Part shown: positions 23,157 through 35,400 of the stretch, piece after piece
Position numbering within the stretch: the stretch's first letter is position 1
Layout: every line of letters starts with the position of its first letter
NCBI GenBank assembly: GCA_965240325.2
Contig: OZ251236.1
Location: 186,001 to 250,000 of the forward strand
Length of the DNA: 64,000 nucleotides
Source: Rebecca billardiae RCC1528
Taxonomy: Eukaryota; Protista; Haptophyta
Reading direction: 5' to 3'
Position numbers and translations under genes: made by a program
The notes under the pieces: model-generated
The model's database searches: none
The model's input: only the letters and a program-made list of their open reading frames with translations
What the model was told of the DNA's origin: nothing

Positions 23157-23988
23157 CAGGCGAGGGGCGGCCACGGGGGGCGGCCCACACGTCCTCCTAT
23201 CGGCCTGCCGGGCGATGCAGATTTGCATCCCATGCCACGATTGACGAGAGGATCGGTACGGCGCGATGCATTTTGGTTTCGTCGAGCCCGTGTCCACCAA
23301 AGAATCAGAACGAGACCGACCCCGCGATGGCGGCGGACGAGATCAGGGGCGTCGAGGCTGGCATCGGACACGGTGACCCAAGCGTCAATGGGTTGTGCGC
23401 GCAACGATGATGCTAGGATTGATCAGAGCATCTGCGTCACTACGTATATTACCTCCGCGGATCGGATGATCAGACTATACTGTACGCGACGATGATTGAC
23501 GCGTTAATCCGTAGGCCCGCCGCCGCCCGCGCTGATGACTGGCGCGCACTATTTGCCACGAGGCTCAGTGCAATTGGCGCGCCCGCGCGGCTGAAGAGCG
23601 TATACATGTAGTAGTAGTATTCGGTAATCAGCGCGCGCAGTAGTGAGCGAGTCGTGTAGTACGTCATCAACGACTGTACGCGTCGTGTAGAGTAAGAGTA
23701 CCGTCGGGTCGCTTATAACGTCAACTAGTCTGTGTCGGTTGATGCAGCCATTGCCAACGCGCGGACTATAACAAGACTGCTATTACTGCGCATGTGCGCA
23801 CATGCAGCATCGCTGACAGAGCAATACGAGCAGCGCAGAAGCGTATTATTGGCATCATATCATATATCAGCGAGTCGTCACGCATATGAGTGCATCGGCG
23901 GCATATAGATATACTGCTATATATAGACTGCTGCTGATGATGCTATATGTGACTGTGAGCTTGCTTCGGATGTGATGGAGTTGCTCAC

Positions 23989-26361
23989 TCAGTCCCAGGT
24001 CCGACGGTCGTCCACAAAGCACAGGCGACGAAGGTCGGTGCCGCCGCCGGGGCCGCCGCTCGCGTTGCGGCGCATCGGCTGCGCTGCGGCGTCGCCAGCA
24101 GCGGACGCTTCGGCCCGGCTGGGCACAGGCCCCGCCGCACCGACCTGATCAGCTGCCCCGCCGAGCAGCGTGCCCTCGCCCTCGGTGCAGCGTGCGGCGC
24201 GCAGCGCGGCGGCGCGGCCGCGCGCCGCCGCGTCGCGTCGCGGCGCCACGCGCGGCGGCGCAAAGCCATCCGGCGGTCGCAGCACGAGCAGCTCGAGAAG
24301 GGGCTCGGCGGCGGCGGCGGGTCCGGGCGTCGGCGCGGCACGCAGCTCGGCCTCGAGCCACGCGGCGAGGCGCGCGCCGTCGAGCACGCACGCGCGCGGC
24401 CGCGCGCACGCGGCCGCGCGCTCCGCGGCCCCCGGCGCGGCCCACAGCGCCGCGGGCAGCTGCACGGTGCGCGTGCGCACGGAGCCCTCGCCCTGCTGCG
24501 CTCTGAAGCGGCGGACGTCGGCGTCGAGCAGCCCGGAGCGCGAGGCGTAGCACCGGCTCTTCGACCAGAACGCGCTGGCGTCGTCGCCCTCGTTGGGTAC
24601 GAGGAAGCACGCGCGCGCGTCGGGGGCGCCCGCGGCGCACTGGGCACCGCCGCCGTCGCACGCGCGGTCGGCGCGCGCCGTGCGCCGCGCGGGCGGCGAG
24701 CACGCCAGCTGGCCGAGCGGCGCGCGCGGCGCGTGCGCGCAGTCGCCCACTTCGACAAACATGCCGCGGCCGTGCCAGGCGAGCCGCCCGCCGCCCTCCT
24801 CAGCATGCATCGCCGCCACGAGCGCGTCGAGCAGCGGCGGCGAGACCGGCGTCCGTCCAGTCGCGACCGCCGCGCCGACGACCAAGTCTGCGAGGGCAGC
24901 GTGCGCGCCGAGCGCGGCCGCGGGGTCGGCCGCGGCGACGTGCGGATCCAGCCAAGCGCGCGGGTCGGCGCCGAGCGCGCGCCACGGGCGCCGCTCCGCG
25001 CCCGTCGCGCCCTCGCCCGGCGCCGACGCAGCCAGCAGTATCGCGTCTGCCTCGCGCCGCCACCACCCGGCCACGCGCATCGCCGTCAGCTTGTCGTCCA
25101 CGCCCTGCAGATGCGTGGCGAGCGCGGCGCCGCGCGCGGCCGAGTGTGCGAGGGACCCGAACAGCCAGGAGGGGGCCCCGAGCGCAGACTCGGCGACGCC
25201 GGGGGCGCGCGCGCGTGCAGCCGCGTGCCAGGGACCGCCGCGGCCGCGGGGTGCACCGTGCGCCCAGGGCACGGCCGGCGCACCGGGCGCACCCGGCGCG
25301 CCGCGCACACCCGACGTGCCGGCCGCGGCCAGCGCGGCATGCGCACCCGGCGCACCCGGCGGGAGTGGAGGGAGCTCAACTGCGCGGAGCCAGTGCGCTG
25401 TGCGCGTGATTGCGGCGACTGTGTACGGCGCGAGCGCGCCGGCGTGCAGCTCGATGCGCGCCTCCGCGCCAGCACCGCCGGGCAAGGGCTTCGCCGCCCC
25501 GCCGCCGAGCAGCGCGTACGGCCCGGAGCGCACCGCGTGCGTGCCGTTGCGCGCGGTCGCGCGCGCGACCGCCTGCCGCCGCCGGCGCGCGGCACGGCGG
25601 TCGTGGAGGAAGTCTAGACGCCAGCCGGCGCGCGCGGAGAGGAGGGCGTCGTTGATGTTGTCCTGGTCCATCTCGGTCGAGTGCGGGTTGCGCTCCTTGT
25701 ACGACAGCGGCGCGCGCACCACCGTGCGCAGCGCGCGCCCGGGCGCCGCCGGGCGCACAAACACGCAGCCGGCGTTGAGCGGCGCCTCGGCCGACGGTTC
25801 GCGCTGGTGCACGATCGCGTGCGCGCCGAGCGGCGGCACGCGGAGCGCGAGGAGCGGGTTGGCGTCGAGGTGGGTGTCCAGGTCCAGCACGAACACCGCG
25901 CACCACGCCTCGTCCAGCAGCCGCGAGACCAGCGCCCAGCGGAGGGTCCACAGCGCCTTGAGCCCCGCGGTCGACGCGCCCGGCTTGAGATGCAGCGACC
26001 ACGCGGCCTCGCGCTCGTACCACGCGCAGCCGAAGGGCCCGCCGAGCGCGCGCGCGAGGCCGGGCACGCCGTCCACCTCGTGCTGCAGAGCGGCGCACGA
26101 CGCCTCGCCCTCGCGCATGTGCACGTAGTTGGGCAGCCCGACCGCATGCAGATTCGACACGGCATTACACACCCACGCGACGTGCTCCGTGTGCTCGCCG
26201 GCGCCGACGAGGAGGACGAGCTCGCCCGCGGGCGCGCGCGCCGCGACCATCCGCTGCAGCCCGGCCGCCGAGCTCACCTCGCCCACGAAGGGCTGCACCG
26301 CCGCCGACGCGGCGAGCGCGAGCGCGAGCCCGAGAGACCCCAGCGGGCTCGCGCCCGCCAT
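23989..26361 (-). CDS. Nucleotide-diphospho-sugar transferase (GT77-like) protein
   Basis: Signal peptide MAGASPLGSLGLALALAASAA, then RWALVSRLL...VFVLDLD (DxD), LNAGCVFVR and DQDNIN motifs. Confidence 0.65.
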   Translation of the reverse strand: MAGASPLGSLGLALALAASAAVQPFVGEVSSAAGLQRMVAARAPAGELVLLVGAGEHTEHVAWVCNAVSNLHAVGLPNYVHMREGEASCAALQHEVDGVPGLARALGGPFGCAWYEREAAWSLHLKPGASTAGLKALWTLRWALVSRLLDEAWCAVFVLDLDTHLDANPLLALRVPPLGAHAIVHQREPSAEAPLNAGCVFVRPAAPGRALRTVVRAPLSYKERNPHSTEMDQDNINDALLSARAGWRLDFLHDRRAARRRRQAVARATARNGTHAVRSGPYALLGGGAAKPLPGGAGAEARIELHAGALAPYTVAAITRTAHWLRAVELPPLPPGAPGAHAALAAAGTSGVRGAPGAPGAPAVPWAHGAPRGRGGPWHAAARARAPGVAESALGAPSWLFGSLAHSAARGAALATHLQGVDDKLTAMRVAGWWRREADAILLAASAPGEGATGAERRPWRALGADPRAWLDPHVAAADPAAALGAHAALADLVVGAAVATGRTPVSPPLLDALVAAMHAEEGGGRLAWHGRGMFVEVGDCAHAPRAPLGQLACSPPARRTARADRACDGGGAQCAAGAPDARACFLVPNEGDDASAFWSKSRCYASRSGLLDADVRRFRAQQGEGSVRTRTVQLPAALWAAPGAAERAAACARPRACVLDGARLAAWLEAELRAAPTPGPAAAAEPLLELLVLRPPDGFAPPRVAPRRDAAARGRAAALRAARCTEGEGTLLGGAADQVGAAGPVPSRAEASAAGDAAAQPMRRNASGGPGGGTDLRRLCFVDDRRTWD

Positions 26362-26443
26362 CGTCCCACCAAGGGAGATACCGAGATAGCCGTACCCACC
26401 AACCAACGGGCGCGCGGGCGCCTCGACGGTCGGGAGCGCAGCC

Positions 26444-28481
26444 ATGGCGCCGCTCGACGAGCAGGAGATGCTGGACACGCTCAACGTGCTGCTCCTCTCG
26501 CACCCAGGCAGCGCGCGCGAGCTCGCGCAGATCCACGAGATCAAGTGCGCCGCTCGGCCACGCCGCCGGCGCGGCGCGCGCTCCCTTTGCCCCACAGCCG
26601 CGCCATCTGACGTGCCGCGCGTGCGCCACCGCGCGCAGCCCGGCGTGCGTCAAGATCAGCTCGGCGCAGGGGCCGGGCGTGCTTGACGGCTCGATCGCCG
26701 TCCTCTCATGGCGCTGGGACATCCGCAAGGAGGGCAGTCTCGACGACATGAAGCCGAAGGTCTCGCAGAAGGTGGTGGCCTTCATCGAGCAGGCGCGCGC
26801 GCTCGGCTTCAAGTGGGCGTGGTGCGACTACGCGACGGTGCCGCAGTTCTCGTCGGACAACAAGCTGCTCATGGTGCACATCCACTCCTCCCGCGTGCTG
26901 TACAAGCGCTGCTCCGTCCTCGTCCTCGACGTCGAGCCGCTCGTCCCGGGGCTCGCGGTCCCGACGATGGACTTTCAGACTCGGCTGTGGATCGCGGCTG
27001 AGAAGTCGGCGGTGCTGTCCAACCCGCACGTGGACATCGGCACGTACGTGCAGCTCTCGCGGATGAGCCTCACGCCCATGCTCCTCGCGCTCAGGGGGCC
27101 CTGGGCCGACGTGCACACCACCCTCCAGCGCTACCACGAGTTTGTGCAGAGCGTGACCGCGCGCGGCGCCGACGAGCGCGCGCGCGCGCTCGCGCCCTTC
27201 TCGACGCAGGCGGCGCTGCACGAGGCGCTGTGGGCGATGCCCGGGTACCAGCTGCTCGAGGCGCGGTACCCCGGCCTCCCCGCGTTCCTCAACCCGCACT
27301 CGGGCGAGCCGCCCGCCGACACGCGCCACGAGCGCGAGCCGCCGCCGCTGAGCCCGGAGGAGCAGGAGGCGCTCGTCAGCAGTTACTACGTGGAGACGGC
27401 AGCTTCGGACGGGCCGGGGCCCGGGTCTGCAGGGCGGGCCGCGCTGGCAGATGAGGCGGCACAGCCATCTGCCGACGCCGCCGCGAGCTCGCCGCTCGAG
27501 GCGGCGCGGCGGCGCACGCCGCTCGGGCGCGCGCACCCGGCGGTGCGCGCGCTGCTGGAGGAGCTGGACGGCGCGACGGCCGGTGCGGCGGCGGCGAGCG
27601 TGCCCAGCCGGCCTGCGTCCTTCAGCTACCACGAGCACTTTGGCGCGCTGCTGCTACTGCTCTCCGAGGTGCTCCACGCGCTCACGCGCCAGCGCAAGTT
27701 TGACCCGCTCGTCTTTGACTACCTGACACTCTGCCTGGGGCAGCACCCGGTGCTGCCGGCGCCTGAGCCGGACGCGCCGTATGCGCTGAAGGCGTTCGTG
27801 CGCTCGGACTTTGCGGTGGTGAAGGAGCTCATCCTCGCCGACGCGGGCGAGGTGGCGCTGCCCGGCGCGATCGAGCGCCTCGCGCTCCCCGCCGTGCCCA
27901 CCGCGCACGAGGTGAAGACGCAGCTGATGGCGGACGGCTCCGTCGAGCAGCTCGTCCGCGAGAGGCTCGTCATCAACCCGGTCCGGCGGGACGTGGACCC
28001 GGCGGGCTCGCCCGTGCGCGTGCACCTGATGCTGATGCACACGATGGGGATGCACTTCGCGACGGTGCAGCTCGTCGGCCGCGACGCGCAGCTCACCGTC
28101 AGCCCGGGCGGAGACGGCTGCATGGTCGAAGTGTGGGGCAACCCGGCTGAAGCCTTCTGCCCGCGCGAGCTGAGCGCGCCCGGCACGGGGTACACGCTCG
28201 CGGCGGACGAGGTGTGGCTGCTGGCGACGCTCACGCTGGTGCAGGCCGCCGATCCGACCAAGCCGGTCAACGCCTCGCTGATGGGCGCGGCGCGCGGCGT
28301 GACCACCGACAGTGTGCGCGCGCTCACCGGCGCGCTCGGCGAGCTGCTGCGCGCGGCGGACACGCACGAGGCGGGCGCGGACGAGCTGCTCGTGCTCGTG
28401 CGCGAGCTCGCGGCCGACGCGGGCATCGGCGTCGATGCCTCCATGTTCGGCGGCGCGCCGGCGCCGCCCCGCGCCTCCTGA
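26444..28481 (+). CDS. HET-like (heterokaryon incompatibility/TIR-like) domain protein, 2 exons
   Basis: Intron 26545-26638 joins MAPLDEQ... to the 600-aa ORF. Motif series VLSWRW / WAWCDYATVPQ / LYKRCSVLVL / TRLWIAAE parallels HET consensus LSY.W / WID..CI.Q / IY..A..V / R.W..QE. Confidence 0.6.
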
Positions 28482-28495
28482 GCGCGCGCGCCCGC

Positions 28496-28894
28496 TCACA
28501 GCTCGGCCGCAGACAGGCCGAGCCCGAGCCAGCCCGCGATGAACAGCATCCCGCCGTACGGCGCGACCTTGGCGAAGGACGAGTCGTGCGTGATCGCGAG
28601 GGCGTACAGGCTGCCGCTGAAGAGCACGTTCCCCGCGACGAACGCCGCCGCGCCGAGCGCGCCGCCGCGCGTCGACGGCGCCTTGAGCGCGGCGAGCGCG
28701 GCGCCGCTGTGCACGAGGTGGTAGAGCACCGCGCGCTCCCAAACCTTCTTCGAGTACTCGTCGGCCGAGGGCATGCCGTGCGCGCCGTACGCGCCAGCGG
28801 CGACCGCCGCCGCGCCGCTCAGGCCGACGCACGCGTAGAGCCCCTTCGCGAGCATGCTCGCGCCCGCCGCGCCTGCCTTCGTCGGCGTCGCCAT
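28496..28894 (-). CDS. TMEM256: TMEM256 / DUF423 small membrane protein
   Basis: GAYGAHG, YHLVH, LFSGSLY and APYGGMLFIAGW motifs; 4 hydrophobic segments. Confidence 0.9.
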   Translation of the reverse strand: MATPTKAGAAGASMLAKGLYACVGLSGAAAVAAGAYGAHGMPSADEYSKKVWERAVLYHLVHSGAALAALKAPSTRGGALGAAAFVAGNVLFSGSLYALAITHDSSFAKVAPYGGMLFIAGWLGLGLSAAEL

Positions 28895-28965
28895 GATCAC
28901 GCCTGGGAGCGGGTGCGATCGAGTGCAACTTGCAAGGCACGGGAGTCCGGGAGACCAATTCTATG

Positions 28966-29054
28966 ATTTAAAGACACAGGCACGAGGGCGCAGCTCTCCT
29001 GATTCGTCTGTAGTGGTACTGGTCGAAGCTTGCAGCAGTGGCAGTGGTGTGAGC
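28966..29054 (+). repeat. 89-bp dispersed repeat, copy 1
   Basis: Identical to 53506-53594. Confidence 0.9.
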
Positions 29055-29294
29055 GCGTTGATGTTGGTCCCCATGGCGGATGTCGTTGTTGTCGTCGTCC
29101 GGACGTCGTCAGGCCCACCAGGAAGTGCATGGGTACGAAATCAAAGGCGAGTGAGCATGTTGGCGTCGGCCAGGCCGTCCCCTACTTGGTCAGCAGCTGG
29201 TGCGGATGATGTCGTCGCCTACTTGGTCAGTGGCAGGTCATGGTGGACGATGGTGTAGCCTGTTCTTGGTCAGCAGCTGGTGGATGATGTTGTG

Positions 29295-29625
29295 GCCGAA
29301 GTTAGTAGTAGTTGGACTCGCCTGAGTTAGTAGTAGTTGGACTCGCCGAAGTTAGTAGTAGTTGGACTCGCCGAAGTTAGTAGTAGTTGGACTCGCCGAA
29401 GTTAGTAGTAGTTGGACTCGCCTGAGTTAGTAGTAGTTGGACTCGCCGAAGTTAGTAGTAGTTGGACTCGCCGAAGTTAGTAGTAGTTGGACTCCCCGAA
29501 GTTAGCGTAGTAGTTGGACTCGCCGAAGTTAGTAGTTGTTGGACTCGCCGAAGTTAGTAGTAGTTGGACTCGCCGAAGTTAGTAGTAGTTGGACTCGCCG
29601 AAATTTGTAGTAGTAGTTGGACTCG
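29295..29625 (+). repeat. 25-bp minisatellite (GCCGAAGTTAGTAGTAGTTGGACTC), ~13 copies
   Basis: Head-to-tail copies without spacers. Preceded by three looser ~37-44-bp repeats at 29182-29295. Confidence 0.95.
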
Positions 29626-29714
29626 AAGACCGGGACGACGAGATCTCGAATCTGAAATCTCAACCTCATTATATCCGCACGATGGCGGGATGACGCCGCT
29701 CTCGCGGCACCACC

Positions 29715-31220
29715 ATGCAAGCCGCTCCAGCCGCCTTGCTGCTCGCGGTCCCAGCCGGGAGCGTCGGCACGTACCCCGGCGGCTACGAGTTCGCGCCCGC
29801 ATGCGCGTGCGCCTCGCTGTGCGACGAGCAGGAGCTCCATGAGATGCTCACGCGCCTGCCGGTCGTGACGGACACGAAATCGCCGTGGTACTCGTACCTG
29901 CTCGGTGTGTATCACGCGAGCGAGCTCGAGCTGCCAATCGACCTCTCCAAGTTTGGGCTGCTCTACCTGCCGTCGTACTGGCGCGCCACGGACGCGGCGC
30001 GCCCGCCCGTCACGCGCGTGTGCAACGCCACCGGCCACGGCGCGACGCGCGCGTGCCCGCCCAAGGCGTGCGCGCGCTGGTTCAACCACTCGGCCGCTCG
30101 CACGGCGGAAGTGAGCCGCATCGTCTCGCGGGGGCACACGCGCAACAAGAAGAAGGTCTGGGCGCGATGGAGCGCCGCGCCCGCGCGCGCGGCCGGCGCT
30201 GCTGCCGGCCCCAGCGCCACGCCGCCCCTTTTCTTTTTCAACCAGCGGCTCGGGCAAAAAGGAATGCCGCCGTTCATCTTCACGACGGGCGACCTGCCGC
30301 TCGCGCGCGGGCAGGGCTCGGCCGCGGTGTACACGCGGCTCAACTCCGCCGCGACCAAGCTCGTCGGCACCCGCTTCACGGAGGAGGCCCTCGTGCTGCT
30401 GCGCTGGGCGAACGCGCCGCTGCGCCGGCCCGCGCCCAACCACAGCTGGATCGAAGTCGTGCGCGGGCGCTCCAAGCTGCCCGAGGGCATCATCTGTGCG
30501 CGCTTGCGCTTGCGCGCGGCCTGCTGCTGCTCTGCGCGTGCCGCGCGGGCTTGCCGGCGCGTGACCCCGCGCGCCCCGCGCCCGCGCGCAGACGGCTGCT
30601 GGTGGTGGCCGCTGCTGCCTCCGTTCTCGGAAGGTTCCGGAATCTTCCTGCACACGGGGCGCACGCTGGTCGTCGAGAGCCGCCCCGCGCTCGGCCGGCT
30701 GTGCACCAAGCCCAAGTTCTCGCGGTACCCGCCCGAGCTCGGGCCGACCCCCGAGGCCCTCGTGTGGAAGGGAAGATCCCCGGACGGGCGGCCGGACGAC
30801 AAGCTCGGCCGGCAGGACGACAACCACTGGGCTGCGTGGGCGCGCGAGAGTGGGTACGACACGGTGCAGATCATGAACGGCATCGGCGGGCGGCCGGAGC
30901 TGATCTCGACGCACCCGCAGTGCACGATCCCAGGGCAGCGCGAGCCGATCAAGGCGTGCCCGCCGGCGGGCGTCGAGCTGCACACCGGGCCCGGCGCAGC
31001 GGCGCCGTGCGCGTGCGCCGACTCAGTCGCCGTGGGCGGCCGGCGCGCGCTCGAGCTCACGCTGGCGAACTGCTTCGCGACGCCGGCGCGCGGACGCGGT
31101 GAGGGCCGGACGCGCAGTCTCGACGTGCTGCTTCCGGCCGTGGCCGATGCCGTCGACCGCGCGCGGGGCGGGGCGCTGCGCTTCGCCGGGCCCGGAGTGC
31201 CGACGCCGACGGGCGAGTAA
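29715..31220 (+). CDS. Uncharacterised, probably secreted Cys/Trp-rich protein
   Basis: Hydrophobic N-terminus. An in-frame 96-bp GT-AG intron (30496-30591) gives YGCWWWP...GSGIFLHTGRTL...GYDTVQI...ELI. Other introns are possible. Confidence 0.65.
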   Translation: MQAAPAALLLAVPAGSVGTYPGGYEFAPACACASLCDEQELHEMLTRLPVVTDTKSPWYSYLLGVYHASELELPIDLSKFGLLYLPSYWRATDAARPPVTRVCNATGHGATRACPPKACARWFNHSAARTAEVSRIVSRGHTRNKKKVWARWSAAPARAAGAAAGPSATPPLFFFNQRLGQKGMPPFIFTTGDLPLARGQGSAAVYTRLNSAATKLVGTRFTEEALVLLRWANAPLRRPAPNHSWIEVVRGRSKLPEGIICARLRLRAACCCSARAARACRRVTPRAPRPRADGCWWWPLLPPFSEGSGIFLHTGRTLVVESRPALGRLCTKPKFSRYPPELGPTPEALVWKGRSPDGRPDDKLGRQDDNHWAAWARESGYDTVQIMNGIGGRPELISTHPQCTIPGQREPIKACPPAGVELHTGPGAAAPCACADSVAVGGRRALELTLANCFATPARGRGEGRTRSLDVLLPAVADAVDRARGGALRFAGPGVPTPTGE

Positions 31221-31412
31221 GGTGACCTGGCGGTGGCGGTGACGTCTGACGACGATCGCCATCACTGTCGTTGTCAAATTCCGCCTACGACCGTCAGTCA
31301 GTACCGGTACTCTCGGGTCTCGGCCGCGCCCGCGCCAGTCGTCATGCAGTCTATTATTAATCGGCTCGATCATCCTTATTTATATATTTGAACGCGACGA
31401 GCTGTAGTAGTA

Positions 31413-32235
<823 letters not shown>

Positions 32236-32409
32236 GTAGCTAAGCAGTAGTCTGAGTAGCGGAGAGAGATCGACTCGAGTCTCGATCTTGACGAGCGAGA
32301 GACGAGTAGATCGAGATCGCGATGTGAGAGACGAGAGAGAGAGCGCGAGACGAAAGTCGAAAGAGACGACAGCGCCATGAGCAGCAGTCGTTGTCAAGAA
32401 CGACAAAGT

Positions 32410-35400
32410 CTAAGAAGTCATCCGGTTCTTCGCAAAGCGCACTCCACTGGGCCGCCTTGCGCGCGGGGGCAAGCCGGCGAGCAGCGCGAGGTGGGGCGGC
32501 AGCACCTCAGACGGCTCCTCGTCCGCATCGGCACCGACCAGGTCAGCGCCGAGCATCACGTGCGACACGCGGCGTTGGCAGGACGGCGGCGATGCCGAGG
32601 GCGGCGTGCCACCGGTGCGCAGCGCCGCGGCCGGCGTGTGCGCCGTGCTGCCCCTGAACCCGCGCGGTGCGGGATGTGGCGACTGCGCTGCGTCGGCACC
32701 GCCGCCGCGTGCGGTCAGCTCGTACACGTTGAGCGCGGCGGCAGGCTCGGCGCGCTCGGCCGGGCTGAGCGCGCCGAGGCTGCAACCTGAGCCAGTCTCG
32801 CCCACCGGCGCGGACGGCCTGCGCGGCCTGTGCGGCGCCGCGCCCGCCGCGCCTGCGGGCATGGACATTTGCCGCAGCCGGGGGAGCTCGCCGCCCGCGC
32901 CGGCGGGCCCGGCCGCGCTCGCCGTGCCCGGGCGCACGGACGAGCGCTGCGGGGAGGCAGGCCTGAGTCCGGGAGAGGCGGGCGAGCTGGGCTGGTGCTC
33001 GGCCAGGCCCGGCAGACTCGGCGGCGCTGCGCGTCGGACGGCGGTCAGGGATGCCGCTGGGGCGCGCGCGTTGGGCGCAAGCCCAGTGCGCGGCACCGCA
33101 AGGGCGGCATCAGCGCCGCGTGAGCCGCGCCGGTCTCGGCCGTCTAAGCCGGTTGAGAGGCGCCGCTCAGCTCGGCCCAGGCCGTAGCCCTGCAGGGCGG
33201 GGCCTGTGTCGGGCGGCGGCGATCCGGAGGCCGGCCTGGCTGGGCGCGTGCCCAGCTCGAGCAATGCGGCGGAGGCGCGTTGGCTCGGCGCGCAGAAGCG
33301 CGGGTGCGCGGTGGGCGAGGGCAAGTCAGGGACGCTGAACAACTGCACTGCCTGCGGCGCGAGCGCCCGGCTCCAGGACCCGGGGCCCGCGCCCAGCGGC
33401 GGCGGCGAGCTGAGCGGCTTGGGCTGCTGCTCCGCGTCCGCCTCCGCTTCCGGCGCAGGCCCGGCCGCCCGGATGGAGAGGCTGGGCGAGGCGAAGGTGG
33501 CGTCGGCGTGGGCGCTCGAGCTGCGCCGCACGGCGGACGCGCGACGCGGCGCGCGCGCAGAGGCCGCGGCCGCGAGCTCGGGAGCCGCCGGCGAAGGGCT
33601 GAGCGAGTGCAGCACGGGAGGACCCAGGGCGGCGGTCGCTGCCAAAGCTGGCTCGGCCAAAGGCTGCTCGTGTTCGCTGGCTCCGTCCAGCTTGCTAAGC
33701 CGCGTGTGCGCGCGCCGGAACGCCCCCTTCACCTTGGCCGCGACGCGCAGCATGTGCTCGGCGCGCGAGGGAGGAGGGCGCTGCTGCTGCGGCTGCTGCT
33801 GCACCCGCGACTGCGGCCGCGACGGCGCCGTCGAGCGAGCGGTCCGCTGCGCGGCAAGGCGGCGCGCATGCAGCCGCTTGCGCTGCTTCGAGATCGCCTC
33901 CAGCTGCTGCGGCTGGCCGCGCAGCCCGAGCGAGGCGAGCAGCGCCTGCGCACCCTCGAGCGCCGCGAGCGACTCCTCGCTCACGTCCGCGTCGGCACCG
34001 GCGTCGGCCACCTCCGCCACCGCCTCGGCCGCGCCCTCGACCGCGAGAGCGTCCGCCAGTAGGTCCACGCCGTCGGCGAAGAGCGCCTCGCCATCGTCCG
34101 TGCGCACGCCCGCGAGGCGCGCGCGCTCGAGGGCGTGTAGCAGCCGCCGCGACGCCGGCTGCTCGTCCCGCCGCGTTGCCGACGGCGCCGCCGCGCCACG
34201 CGCCGCGGGCTCGCCGCCGTCGCCCAGGTGTCGGATCCCGAGGAGCTCGCGCGCCGCGTTGACGCTCTGCCGGAGCTCGCGCTCTGCGTCCGGCGCGCCG
34301 CCCTGCGGCGCCGGGCCCCGCTGCTCGTCCTGCGCCGCCGCCTGCTGCTCCAGCCGCAGCTGCGAGTCTGAGCGCACGAGCGCCAGCGGCCGCAGCTCGC
34401 GCGGCGCGCAGCGCAGCTGCTCTGCGAGCCTCATGGGGCCCTCGGCGGGCGCGTCGCGCTCGGCCACCCACCCGTCTAGAGTCGAGATCCGGGTAATTCT
34501 TCGGTAGAGGCGCGAGATGAAGATCACGTAGTCCTCCTCGGCGATGCCCTCGACCCACACGTCGGCGAGCTCGAAGAGGCCGAGGCAGAAGTCGGCGAGG
34601 CTCATCCACTCCTCCGCGCCGCTGCCGTCCCCCGCGGCGCCCACCTTGCGCCCGAGCAGGCCGAGGTCCGTCTCCCAGTCTGCGAGCGCGAGCTCGCGAG
34701 CGCGCGCGCTCGGCACGAGCGCCGCGTCCGCCGCGCCGAGCGCGATGGCGGCGCGCTCGTACACGAGGAGGTAGTGCACGCGGCGCATGAGCTCGTCGTC
34801 GGCCAGCCCCGTCGCCGCCCAGAACGCGCGCAGCGCGTGCACGATCGCCGGCGAGCGCATCAGCGCGCGCCGCTTGGCCAGGTGCTTGCCCGACTCGGCG
34901 GCCGAGCCGCGGCTGACGTACTCGCTGCGGCCGGCCGCGTCGTCGGGGTCGGCATCGGGCGGGTGCGTCTCGAAGTGGAAGCGGTCGTCAGCGCCGCGCG
35001 CGGCGTCGTTGTCCCACAGCGCGAGCGCCGCGTGCTCGCCCAGCGCATGCACGCGCGCGAGCGTGCTCGCCAACTCGTCGCGCGCGGCGGTATCGGTGAG
35101 CTTAAGCGCCGAGCTGTCTCTGTCTGCGCTGGTGGCGGCGCTCTCGGTGGCGCGGCGGCGGCGGGAGTGGCGGCGTGGCGCACTCGAGCTACGCTGCTGC
35201 GGCGCGTTCGAACGCCTGCGCTCGCGCGAGGGCGGGGGCGAGGCCCGTCCGCCCCGCTCAGCGGCGGTGACGGCTGGGGGCTGCCGCGCGCTCACCGCAG
35301 TTGATGAGCTCGAGCTGCGCCGTTGCTCGCAACTCAGGCGGGGTGGGCTGGTCGGCCCGGGTTTCTCTGAGAGCCTTCGTGGGGGTGATTTCTCCGGCCG

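Noticed and set aside
29295-29625. CRISPR-like array of 25-bp repeats
   Set aside because: Repeats are contiguous with no unique spacers, there are no cas genes, and the context is eukaryotic.
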